A stretch of 64,000 bases of DNA from an uncultured Gemmatimonadales bacterium (lineage in GTDB: Bacteria; Gemmatimonadota; Gemmatimonadetes; Gemmatimonadales; GWC2-71-9), in NCBI GenBank assembly GCA_963795085.1, contig CAWCFX010000006.1, positions 448,001 to 512,000 on the forward strand, given 5' to 3'. Position 1 is the first letter of the stretch; each line of letters starts with the position of its first letter. The notes below the pieces were generated by a model, which did no database searches, was not told the DNA's origin, and was given only the letters and a program-made list of their open reading frames with translations. Positions 49,651-58,483 of this stretch are shown one piece after another. Position numbers and translations under genes: made by a program.

Positions 49651-50529
49651 GTGAGCCCATCCCCCTCGGCTGTTTCCGATCGCAATGACGCGATACGCCG
49701 CGTCCTTATAGGTCTTCTTGTCGCCAATGTGGCCGTGGTCATCATCAAGTTCATCGTCGGCTGGCGGACCGGATCGCTGGCGGTGGTGGGCGACGCTATC
49801 CATTCCTCGGTGGACGCCTTGAACAACGTCCTCGGGCTCGCGGTCATGCGGGTGGCCGCCAAGGGCCCCGACGCCGAACACCCCTACGGGCACGCCAAGT
49901 TCGAATCCCTGGGCGCGCTGCTGATCGTCGTCTTTCTCTCCGTCACCATTTTCGAGTTGATGAAAGGCGCCGTGACCCGGCTGGCGGGCTCGCCGGAGCC
50001 GCTGGTGGTGGACACCGTCCAGGGCGTTCTCCTCGGGATCACCCTCGTAATCAACATCTGGGTCACCTGGTACGAGACCCGGGCCGGCCGCCGGCTCAAA
50101 AGCGAGATCCTGCTGGCCGATGCCGCGCACACTCGGGCCGATGTCTTCATCACCATCGCAGTGATCGCGGGCCTGTATCTCTCCCGGCTGGGACACGCCT
50201 GGGCCGATTCCGTGCTCGCCATCATCGTTTCCATGCTGATCGCCCGGGTCGGCTACCAGATCCTCAAGCGCAGCATGCCCACCCTGGTGGACGAACGGGC
50301 CCTGGAGGACACCGAGATCCAGCGGGTCGCCGAACACGTCCCCGGCGTGAAAAGCGCCTATGCCATCCGTTCCCGCACTGCCGCCGCGATCAGGTTCGCC
50401 GAACTGACCATCGCGGTGGACGGCCAGGAGAACGTCACCGCCGCCCACCGGATCGCGGACGCCGTAGAAGACCAGCTGCGGCAGACGCTGGACGTCCACG
50501 AAGTCGTGGTCCACGTCGAGCCATGCTGA
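49651..50529 (+). CDS. Cation diffusion facilitator transporter (FieF-like)
   Basis: DAIHSSVD, HPYGHAKFE, DAAHTRAD, AHRIAD, VHVEP. Confidence 0.93.
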   Translation: MSPSPSAVSDRNDAIRRVLIGLLVANVAVVIIKFIVGWRTGSLAVVGDAIHSSVDALNNVLGLAVMRVAAKGPDAEHPYGHAKFESLGALLIVVFLSVTIFELMKGAVTRLAGSPEPLVVDTVQGVLLGITLVINIWVTWYETRAGRRLKSEILLADAAHTRADVFITIAVIAGLYLSRLGHAWADSVLAIIVSMLIARVGYQILKRSMPTLVDERALEDTEIQRVAEHVPGVKSAYAIRSRTAAAIRFAELTIAVDGQENVTAAHRIADAVEDQLRQTLDVHEVVVHVEPC

Positions 50530-51395
50530 CCCTCGACCAGGTTCGGCAGCAGCGCCGGCGGCGCCCGCCTCCCTCGCTCAAGCAGCAGTACCACGAGTAT
50601 GTGCTCCAGCGGATCGAAGGCTTCAAGAACTCGATTCCCCGGGAGGACCTGCTCCGCCTGGGCGATGAAGCCGTCTCCGAACTCAACGCCACCACCGAAG
50701 GGCAGTTCGTCCTCACCGAGGTGCTGATGCTGGACTGCGTGGACCGCCTGATCACCAAGCGGCTGGCCCTCAAGTCCTACCGGAAATGGCGGGAGCACTT
50801 CATGGGACTGCGGAAGGCCCAGCGGGAACCCAACCACTGGGGCCTCGGCGCCGGCCACGCCGTGGAGGCCGTCCTGCCCCGGGTCGAGCCGGGCGACCAC
50901 GTACTGGTGCTCGGCGCCGGCGCCGAAAGCGTCGCCTACCTGCTGGCCGCGCATGACGCCGCCGTCACCTTCGTGGGCGGCGACCTGAACCTGGTCGACC
51001 GGGTGGAGGCCCGCGTCGCGGCCGAATCGCTGGGCTCCCAGTTCCTGGCCTGGGTCGCGCACCTGGGCCACTGGTTCCCGGAGCTCGACGGCCCGGTCCA
51101 CCTGGCCGTGGTGGACGCCGGCATCCTGGTGGACCTCGATCCCCCCGATCGAGTGCGTCTCATGCAGGCACTGCAGCAGCGTACCGAGGTCGGGGGAGTG
51201 CACATGATCCTCCCCGGTGATCCATCCCTGGCCCCCGATGCGCTCCTGCCCTTCTACCCGGATTGGACTCGCGAACACCGAGGCGGCCGGAAGGGCGCGC
51301 GACCCTCGAGCGGGATCATACTTGCCAAGCCGTGTCCCAAGGACACAGATGAGGTCGTGTCCGAGGGACACGACCGGCGGTCCTTCCGTGGGTAA
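50523..51395 (+). CDS. Hypothetical protein with a C-terminal methyltransferase-like fold
   Basis: Helical N-terminal domain; VLVLGAGAES and GGVH motifs. Confidence 0.7.
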   Translation: MLTLDQVRQQRRRRPPPSLKQQYHEYVLQRIEGFKNSIPREDLLRLGDEAVSELNATTEGQFVLTEVLMLDCVDRLITKRLALKSYRKWREHFMGLRKAQREPNHWGLGAGHAVEAVLPRVEPGDHVLVLGAGAESVAYLLAAHDAAVTFVGGDLNLVDRVEARVAAESLGSQFLAWVAHLGHWFPELDGPVHLAVVDAGILVDLDPPDRVRLMQALQQRTEVGGVHMILPGDPSLAPDALLPFYPDWTREHRGGRKGARPSSGIILAKPCPKDTDEVVSEGHDRRSFRG

Positions 51396-51432
51396 GTAGT
51401 TGTAACATAAGGCTTTACAAATGACCACTTCC

Positions 51433-51448
51433 CGGCATACACGGTGCT
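51433..51448 (+). promoter_or_regulatory. Candidate sigma54 -24/-12 promoter
   Basis: CGGCATACACGGTGCT, i.e. GG-N10-GC; IHF-like AT-rich site at 51392-51418. Confidence 0.55.
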
Positions 51449-51499
51449 TCAGGTAAGGAAAGATCTGAAGCGCGGTAAACCAGCAGCCGGAGAAGTCGC

Positions 51500-51667
51500 A
51501 TGACCAGCGTTCCTCGTATCAGCCAGGATGAACCCGTCGGCATCATCATCTCGAGCGGACGTGTCCCCCGGAAGCCCGCTGCGATCTGGGCCTACGTCTG
51601 GGCCAGCGACGAGGAAGAGGCGCAGGATCACTGGCACAAGCACATGCCGGCCGAGCGCGCCGCGTAA
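51500..51667 (+). CDS. 55-aa small protein (not in ORF track)
   Basis: GGAGA RBS; MTSVPRISQDEPVGIIISSGRVPRKPAAIWAYVWASDEEEAQDHWHKHMPAERAA*; own terminator. Confidence 0.7.
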   Translation: MTSVPRISQDEPVGIIISSGRVPRKPAAIWAYVWASDEEEAQDHWHKHMPAERAA

Positions 51668-51680
51668 CCTGCGCCGATCG

Positions 51681-51715
51681 AAGCCTCCGCCCTGAGGGCG
51701 GGGGCTTTTTTATTT
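51681..51715 (+). terminator. Intrinsic terminator
   Basis: AAGCCTCCGCCC-TGA-GGGCGGGGGCTT followed by TTTTATTT. Confidence 0.85.
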
Positions 51716-51749
51716 GCCATTGGTCCCCGGCCGCATGCATACTTAGACC

Positions 51750-54689
51750 ATGCCCTCCCTGACCATCAACGGAACCGCAATCCCGTTCGAGCCCGGCGCA
51801 TCCATCCTTGAAGCGGCGCGCCAGGCCGGCATCGATATCCCGACGCTCTGCTGGTACCCCCGGCTCAGCATCGTCGGTAACTGCCGGATCTGCCTGGTTT
51901 CCATCGCGGGCCAGAACAAGCTGGCGCCGGCCTGCGCGATCCCGGCGGCCGAGGGGATGGTGGTGGAATCGGAGTCGGCGGCCGCGGTCGCAAACCGGCG
52001 CAGCGTGCTCGGGCTGCTGCTGGAGCGTTATCCTGGCGACCACCTCGCCAACGGCGGGCGGGCCCATCCCGCCAATGAATTCGAACGCTACGTCGCGCGG
52101 TATGATGTCCCGGTGCGGCCGCGGCATGAACTGGGCCTCCGGGAGGGAGACGAGCGGCCTGGCGACGTGATGATCCAGCACGACATGAGCCTCTGCATCC
52201 TCTGCACCCGCTGCGTGCGGGCGTGCGAGGATATCCAGGAGGTGGGGGTCCTGGAAGTCGGCCTCCGGGGCGAGCATACCCAGATCGTGGTGGGCGGTGA
52301 CGGCGACCCCGACCATGCCGGGTGCACCTGGTGCGGGGAGTGCGTGCGGGTCTGTCCCACCAACGCGATCTTCGAGTTCATTCCCCGGGAGCGGTTCGGC
52401 GCCGAGGCCGTGATGCACCCCGACCGGACCGTGCGCTCGGTGTGCCCCTATTGCGGCGTCGGATGCCAGGTGGACCTCCAGGTCAAGGACGAAAAGCTGA
52501 TGCGGGTGACCTCACCCTGGATCGAGGAGGAGACTCCCAACCAGGGCTCGACCTGCGTCAAGGGCCGCTTCGGCTATGACTATCCGCAGCACCGGGATCG
52601 TCTCACCACGCCGCTGATCCGGAAGGGGTGGGAACAACGGGAGGGACGCTGGGTGTGGACCGGTGAATCGCCGCGGTACCGTGAAGGGCCCTGGGATACC
52701 ATCGAGGAGTCGGGGCAGAACCAGAAGCCGCGTCCGCCCGGCCGAAGCGTCGGCAAGGGCCGGCAGACCGGCCTGCCGGCCGTGGCGGACGGCGACATCC
52801 GCAACCGGGTGGCTACCCCCGCGGGCTGGTACCATCCGTTTCGCGAAGCCACCTGGGAAGAGGCGCTGAGCCTCACCGCGCAGGAGCTGCTGCGGATCAG
52901 GCGGGAGCGGGGGTCCAATGCCCTGGCGGCGCTGTCTTCCGCCAAGTGCAGCAACGAGGACAATTACGTCTTCATGCGGTTGGTGCGGGCGGCGCTGGGT
53001 ACCAACAACGTGGACCATTGCACCCGCCTGTGCCACTCAACTTCGGTCGCCGCGATGAGCCGCGCGATGAGCACCTCGGCGGCGTCCGGTTCCATGCGGG
53101 AGATCGAGGAGGCCTGCGACGTGATCTTCATCGCGGGGGCCAACACGACGGAATCGCACCCGGTCTTCGGCGCGCTGATCAAGCGGGCCGTGGCCAAGGG
53201 GGCCCGGCTGATCGTGGCGGACGTGCGCCGCACCGAGCTGGCCGGCCTGGCGGACATTCACCTGCAGATGCTCCCGGGCACCGATGTGGCGCTCTACTCC
53301 ACCATGCTCAACTGGATGATCCAGCAGGGACTGGTCAACCGGGAGTTCATCGAGGGACGTACCAGCGGGTATTCCGACCTGGAAGCCGCGGTCCGGCCGT
53401 ACAGCCTGTCCGTGGGGGAGCGGATCACCGGCATCCCGGGGGACCGGATCCGCGAGGCCGCCGAGATGTATGCCCGGGGGCCCAACACCTCGACCTTGTG
53501 GGCCATGGGACTGACCCAGCATGCCACCGGGACCGATATCGTGGCCAGCCTGCTGAACATGCTGCTGGCCGCGGGGATGATCGGCCGGTGGGGCGCCGCC
53601 ATGCTCCCGATCCGGGGCCAGAACAACGTGCAGGGCGCCAGCGACATGGGCTCCATCCCGTTCGCCTATACCGAGTACCGGGCGGTCACCGACCCGGCGG
53701 TGCGGGCCATCTTCGCGCGGGCGTGGGGGGTCCCGGAGGAATCGCTCTCCCTCGCCAACGGATTGATGGTGACCGAGATGACCAAGCTGGAGAACGGGGT
53801 CCGTGGCCTGTTCGTGATGGGCGAGAACCCGGTCATTTCCGATCCCGACATCGCCCACGCCGAGGAATGGGTCCGCGGGCTGGAGTTCCTCGCCGTGCAG
53901 GATCTCTTCCTCACCGAGACGGCGCGCTGGGCGGACGTGGTGCTCCCCGGGTCGTCGTTCGCGGAGAAGACCGGCACCTATGTCAACACCGAGCGGCGCA
54001 TCCAGCTGGCGGACGCCGCGCTCTCGCCGCCCGGGGCGGCCCGCACCGACCTGGAGATCCTGGTGGATCTCAGCAACCGGCTTGGGCTTCCCACCGGGTT
54101 CGCGGGGCCCGAGGCGGTGATGACAGAAATCGCCGCCGTGACACCGAGCTGGCGAGGCGTGAACTACCAGAACCTGCGCCCGGGCGGGCTTCAATACCCG
54201 GTGCTCACCCCGGATTCCCCTGGCACCCCGTACCTGTTCGCCGACCGCTTTCCCACCCAGGATGGGCGGGCCCGGCTGATCGCGGTGGAATACCTGCCGC
54301 CGTCGGAACTGCCCAGCGATGAGTACCCGTTCTTCCTCAACACCGGCCGGCAGATGTACCACTGGCACACCGGCACCATGACCCGACGGTCGGAGGGGCT
54401 GGATGCCCGGGAACCGGTCCCGGTGGTCGAGATGAACCGGGTGGACGCCCTGGCATTGGGCGTCGACGAAGGGGAAACCGTCCGGGTCACGTCCCGGCGC
54501 GGGTCAATTCTCATCGGAGTGCGGATCTCCGACCGGCAGGCCCGGGGCCAGGTCTTCATTCCCATGCATTACCGGGAAGCGGCCGCCAATCTGCTCACTA
54601 ACCCGGCTCTCGATCCGTACGCCAAGATCGCGTCGTTCAAGGTGAGCGCGGTCCGGGTGGAGAGGGCGGGGGTGCCGGCGCCGGTGTGA
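51750..54689 (+). CDS. fdhF: Formate dehydrogenase alpha subunit (Mo/W-bisMGD, Cys-type) with N-terminal 2Fe-2S and 2x4Fe-4S domains
   Basis: IPTLC..CRIC..C; CILCTRC, CTWCGEC; CPYCGVGC..CVKGRFG; RLCH; RGQNNVQG; TGR..HWHTG. Confidence 0.9.
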   Translation: MPSLTINGTAIPFEPGASILEAARQAGIDIPTLCWYPRLSIVGNCRICLVSIAGQNKLAPACAIPAAEGMVVESESAAAVANRRSVLGLLLERYPGDHLANGGRAHPANEFERYVARYDVPVRPRHELGLREGDERPGDVMIQHDMSLCILCTRCVRACEDIQEVGVLEVGLRGEHTQIVVGGDGDPDHAGCTWCGECVRVCPTNAIFEFIPRERFGAEAVMHPDRTVRSVCPYCGVGCQVDLQVKDEKLMRVTSPWIEEETPNQGSTCVKGRFGYDYPQHRDRLTTPLIRKGWEQREGRWVWTGESPRYREGPWDTIEESGQNQKPRPPGRSVGKGRQTGLPAVADGDIRNRVATPAGWYHPFREATWEEALSLTAQELLRIRRERGSNALAALSSAKCSNEDNYVFMRLVRAALGTNNVDHCTRLCHSTSVAAMSRAMSTSAASGSMREIEEACDVIFIAGANTTESHPVFGALIKRAVAKGARLIVADVRRTELAGLADIHLQMLPGTDVALYSTMLNWMIQQGLVNREFIEGRTSGYSDLEAAVRPYSLSVGERITGIPGDRIREAAEMYARGPNTSTLWAMGLTQHATGTDIVASLLNMLLAAGMIGRWGAAMLPIRGQNNVQGASDMGSIPFAYTEYRAVTDPAVRAIFARAWGVPEESLSLANGLMVTEMTKLENGVRGLFVMGENPVISDPDIAHAEEWVRGLEFLAVQDLFLTETARWADVVLPGSSFAEKTGTYVNTERRIQLADAALSPPGAARTDLEILVDLSNRLGLPTGFAGPEAVMTEIAAVTPSWRGVNYQNLRPGGLQYPVLTPDSPGTPYLFADRFPTQDGRARLIAVEYLPPSELPSDEYPFFLNTGRQMYHWHTGTMTRRSEGLDAREPVPVVEMNRVDALALGVDEGETVRVTSRRGSILIGVRISDRQARGQVFIPMHYREAAANLLTNPALDPYAKIASFKVSAVRVERAGVPAPV

Positions 54690-55032
54690 GCCTTGCCCCT
54701 CGCGGTTTCGAGCAGGAACAACAGCCATGTCACAAAAGCACGAACGTGCTTGAGCCCCCCGTCCCGTGACCCATAGCCGCTCCTCCCGAACGGAATGGCC
54801 CGGAGAACATGGAGCAAGGACTGTGTTTTCCTGGTGTTTCAGTCTCGGCTGTTGCCCTTTTTCCGTTCGCGCTTTCGTGGCAGGCAGCTACTTGTCCTGA
54901 CGGTGCCGGATGCCGGGCTCCCCCCGTGTCACCCGTCCGAACTGCCTCACCCGGAGAGAGTTGCCAAAGCCAGCCCTCCACGATGATTCTTAAGCGGCCA
55001 CCTTTCTGACTCACCACCTCCCCCGAGCCTGA

Positions 55033-56076
55033 ATGCGCGCGCTGGTCAAGGAAAAGGCGGGACCTGGCATGGTTCTGCGTGACGTGCCCAAGCCGGTCTG
55101 CCGACCCAACGACGTCCTGATCAAGGTGCATTACGCCGGGGTCTGCGGCACCGACCTGCACATCTGGGAGTGGGACGCCTGGGCGAGCGGGCGGCTCAGG
55201 CCGCCGGTGGTGATCGGGCACGAGTTCGCCGGGGCCATCGTCGAAATGGGCGAGGAGGCCGCCGCGGGCGGCCTGCTGGCGGTGGGCGACCTGGTGACCG
55301 CCGAGGGGCATATCGTGTGCGGCCATTGCATTCCTTGCCGCACCGGGGACGCCCACGTATGCCGCCGGACTCAGATCATCGGAGTGGACCGGGACGGGGC
55401 GTTCGCCGACTTCATCGCCATGCCCGCGTCCAACGTGATGCGGCTGAACGGAATCCGGCCCGAGATCGGCGCCATCATGGATCCTATCGGCAACGCGGTG
55501 CATACCGTGCTGGAGGGCGGCTCGCTGGCGGGGAGCGCCGTTATGGTGGTGGGATGCGGGCCGATCGGCTGCTTCGCCGTGGGCATCGCCCGGGCCGCCG
55601 GCGCCTCGCTCGTGATGGCCAGCGACCTGAACCCGACCCGCCTGGATATCGCCCGGACGATGGGCGCCCACGCGGTGATCGACCCGTCCCGGGAGGACGC
55701 GGTGGCGCGGGTCCGTGAGCTGACCAACGGCGATGGCGCCGACCTGGTCTGCGAAATGAGCGGGCATCCCAGCGGCCACGCCCAGGCCTTCGCGGTGGCC
55801 CGGCCCGGGGGACGGGTCAACATGCTGGGCACCCCCAGCCGCACCACCGAGGTAGACTTCGCGCGGGACGTCATCTTCAAGGGACTGACCGTTTACGGGG
55901 TCACCGGCCGGCGGATGTACGACACCTGGCAGCAGATGGGCCGGCTGCTCCGGGCCGGGCAGTTCGATCCCGCGCCGGTGATCACCCACCGCTTCCCGTT
56001 GGAAGGCATCGCCGAGGCGATCGGGGTGATCAAGGACGGGTCGGCGGGTAAAGTGATCCTGGAGGTGGGCACATGA
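55033..56076 (+). CDS. tdh: L-threonine 3-dehydrogenase
   Basis: CGTDLHIWEWD, GHEF, AEGHIVCGHC, GCGPIG, GVTGRRMYDTW; adjacent to kbl. Confidence 0.95.
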   Translation: MRALVKEKAGPGMVLRDVPKPVCRPNDVLIKVHYAGVCGTDLHIWEWDAWASGRLRPPVVIGHEFAGAIVEMGEEAAAGGLLAVGDLVTAEGHIVCGHCIPCRTGDAHVCRRTQIIGVDRDGAFADFIAMPASNVMRLNGIRPEIGAIMDPIGNAVHTVLEGGSLAGSAVMVVGCGPIGCFAVGIARAAGASLVMASDLNPTRLDIARTMGAHAVIDPSREDAVARVRELTNGDGADLVCEMSGHPSGHAQAFAVARPGGRVNMLGTPSRTTEVDFARDVIFKGLTVYGVTGRRMYDTWQQMGRLLRAGQFDPAPVITHRFPLEGIAEAIGVIKDGSAGKVILEVGT

Positions 56077-57272
56077 CCAATGCGCTGGAGGCCAGGCTCC
56101 TGGCGGACCTGGAGCGGTTCAAGGAGGATCGGGTTTACAAGACCTTCAACTACCTGGAGAGCCCGCAGGGCCCCCGGGTCACGATGGAGGGGCGCGGTGA
56201 AGTGGTCGTGCTCTCGTCCAACAACTACCTGGGCCTCAGCAACCACCCCGACATCGTCCAGGCCGGCAAGACGGCCCTCGACCGGCTGGGCGCCGGCACC
56301 GCTTCGGTGCGCTTCATCTGCGGCACCTTCGAGATCCACCGCGAACTCGAGCACGCCTGCGCCCGCCTGGTCGGGACCGAGGAATCGCTTTCATTCGTGA
56401 GTTGCTGGAACGCCAACGAGGCGGTGCCGGCCACCCTGCTCACCGAGAACGACCTGGTCCTGAGCGACCAGCTCAACCACGCTTCGATCATCGACGCCAT
56501 CCGGCTGGCCAAGTCCATTACCAAGTGCGAGACCGGGGTCTACCGGCACGCCGACCTGGCCGACCTGGAGTCGCGGCTGGCCGCCGCCACCGACCGCCAC
56601 GTCAAGCTGGTGATCACCGACGGGGTCTTCTCCATGGAGGGGAGCATCGCCCCCCTGCCCGACCTGCTGGCGGTCTGCCGGAAGCATGGCGCGATTCTCA
56701 TGGTGGATGATTCCCACGCCACCGGGGTGCTGGGACGCCATGGGAGGGGGACCGCGGAGCACTTTGGGATGATCGGCGAGATCGACATCATTACCTCCAC
56801 CCTGGGCAAGGCTCTGGGCGGCGCGGCCGGCGGGTTCGCCGCGGGATCGACCGCGGTGTGCGACTACCTGAGCCAGCGGGCCCGGCCCCAGCTCTTCTCC
56901 AATGCACTGCCGCCGACCGTCGCCGCCAGTTCGCTGGCGGCGGTGGAGTACCTCGAAGCGCACGAAGAACTGGTCACCTCGCTCCGCGACAACGCCTCCT
57001 ATTTTCGAGATCAGCTCCTCGCCCTCGGCTTCAAACCGCTGGCCGGCGAGACGCCGATCATCCCGGTGATCCTGGGCGAGACGTCCAAGGCGATCGAAAT
57101 GAGCAACCTGCTGCTCGAGCAGGGCGTCTTCGTCACCGGGTTCGGCTATCCGGTTGTGCCCCAGGGCCAGGCCCGTATCCGCTGCCAGATCTCGGCGGCC
57201 CATTCGCGGGATGACCTGGACTTCGTGCTGGATGCCATGAAGAAGGTGGGGATCCAGCTGGGCCTGATCTAG
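56073..57272 (+). CDS. kbl: Glycine C-acetyltransferase
   Basis: SNNYLGL, ASVRFICGT, NHASIIDAIRL, TDGVFSM, TLGKALGG, PVVPQGQARIR. Confidence 0.95.
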   Translation: MTNALEARLLADLERFKEDRVYKTFNYLESPQGPRVTMEGRGEVVVLSSNNYLGLSNHPDIVQAGKTALDRLGAGTASVRFICGTFEIHRELEHACARLVGTEESLSFVSCWNANEAVPATLLTENDLVLSDQLNHASIIDAIRLAKSITKCETGVYRHADLADLESRLAAATDRHVKLVITDGVFSMEGSIAPLPDLLAVCRKHGAILMVDDSHATGVLGRHGRGTAEHFGMIGEIDIITSTLGKALGGAAGGFAAGSTAVCDYLSQRARPQLFSNALPPTVAASSLAAVEYLEAHEELVTSLRDNASYFRDQLLALGFKPLAGETPIIPVILGETSKAIEMSNLLLEQGVFVTGFGYPVVPQGQARIRCQISAAHSRDDLDFVLDAMKKVGIQLGLI

Positions 57273-57294
57273 ACCCCTGAATGAGACACACCCG

Positions 57295-57328
57295 GCGCCC
57301 CCAACCACAGGGGCGCTGTTGTTTTTTG
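57295..57328 (+). terminator. Intrinsic terminator after kbl
   Basis: GCGCCCC/GGGGCGC stem followed by TGTTGTTTTTT. Confidence 0.65.
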
Positions 57329-57677
57329 CAAGCCCATACACCCAAATGCCTTACCCGGACGGCGCCGAAGGGCTTGGCCGCCCCTGCCCAAACCAGGCAG
57401 ATTCGCCTGGCTTCCCCTCGACGCCTGAACGGCTAACTTCAAGTAGTTTCACACATGGGAGCCGCAAGCATAGTAAAATGAATGGCCTACGGAAATAACG
57501 GCTATCGCATTTTTTCGGTCTGGCTCCTATTTTGTAGCAGAGGAAGCCGAGGCACCCGGTTTGTCGGTTCCATAATGCAACAGCCACCAACAGGTTTGAG
57601 TCTTGCCGCTACACCGGTGACCGCTGTGGCGCCCCGAAGTGCCGGCCCGCCGGCGCACCCACCAGGGAGGTAGTCCG

Positions 57678-58367
57678 ATGAAGATGTTCACCCGTCTCGC
57701 GATGACGGCAGCGCTCGTGACGCTGATCAGTTCCGCCGCGGCCGCCCAGACCGGCGGACGCAACCCCTTCTCCTGGTACCTCGGCGCGCATGGCGGCGTC
57801 ATCATGTTCGAGACCCCGCGGCAGGAAACGGGAGCGATTCCGACGTTGGGGGGAAACCTGTTGATCACCGCACGGCGAACGGCCCTCTTGCTATCGGTGG
57901 AAGAAGGCATAGGGAACGATGAAGTATCAGGTTACGTCGACCCCAGCGCCCCCACGACCAATGGCTTTCGAGATGTCACCTTCAACGATATCAGGAAGTA
58001 TTCAGCGGCACTCTTGCTGTATCCACTGAAATCGCATGCCCAGCCCTTCCTGGGCTTCGGGTTGGGAATCATGCAGGTTCATAACCCGTCGCCGCAGGGG
58101 CCTTTTGCGACGATTGACGAGCAGGAAAATGCTCGATCGATTTCTCGCCAGCTGGGAAGCTATGGGTTCGCAAGCTTGATCGGGGGGCTGCAATTGCAGG
58201 TTGGCTCTGTCGCGTTATTCGGACAGTATCAGATCACGACTTCACCTGGCAGGGACGCCTCAACGAACAACAACAAGCTACTAACGGGACCGACGCATAC
58301 CCTGACGGGAGGAGTACGCTTCAGCCTGGGCAGCGCGAAGGAGGGCATCACGGGCGGGGGGTACTAG
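57678..58367 (+). CDS. Probable outer-membrane beta-barrel protein
   Basis: GGAGG RBS; signal AAAQ; WYLGAHGG, QPFLGFGLG, GGVRFSL strands. Confidence 0.7.
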   Translation: MKMFTRLAMTAALVTLISSAAAAQTGGRNPFSWYLGAHGGVIMFETPRQETGAIPTLGGNLLITARRTALLLSVEEGIGNDEVSGYVDPSAPTTNGFRDVTFNDIRKYSAALLLYPLKSHAQPFLGFGLGIMQVHNPSPQGPFATIDEQENARSISRQLGSYGFASLIGGLQLQVGSVALFGQYQITTSPGRDASTNNNKLLTGPTHTLTGGVRFSLGSAKEGITGGGY

Positions 58368-58392
58368 CGGACGGACGGACCCAGGCAAACAA

Positions 58393-58430
58393 GAAAATGG
58401 CGAGCCCCACCACCGGGACTCGCCATTTTC
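58393..58430. terminator. Bidirectional hairpin between convergent genes
   Basis: GAAAATGGCGAG...CTCGCCATTTTC. Confidence 0.7.
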
Positions 58431-58483
58431 CTGCCCGACCCACTGACCCTCCGTCCCACCTCCCACCCCCACTCTACTTCCTC

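Noticed and set aside
51450..51680. 6S RNA or other ncRNA before the terminator
   Set aside because: No long self-complementary rod; better explained by an ORF with an RBS
53025..53036. Selenocysteine in FDH
   Set aside because: The active-site codon is TGC (RLCH); no in-frame TGA
54690..55032. Glycine riboswitch upstream of tdh-kbl
   Set aside because: GGAGAGA is present, but the CCGAAG and CTCTCAGG core elements are not
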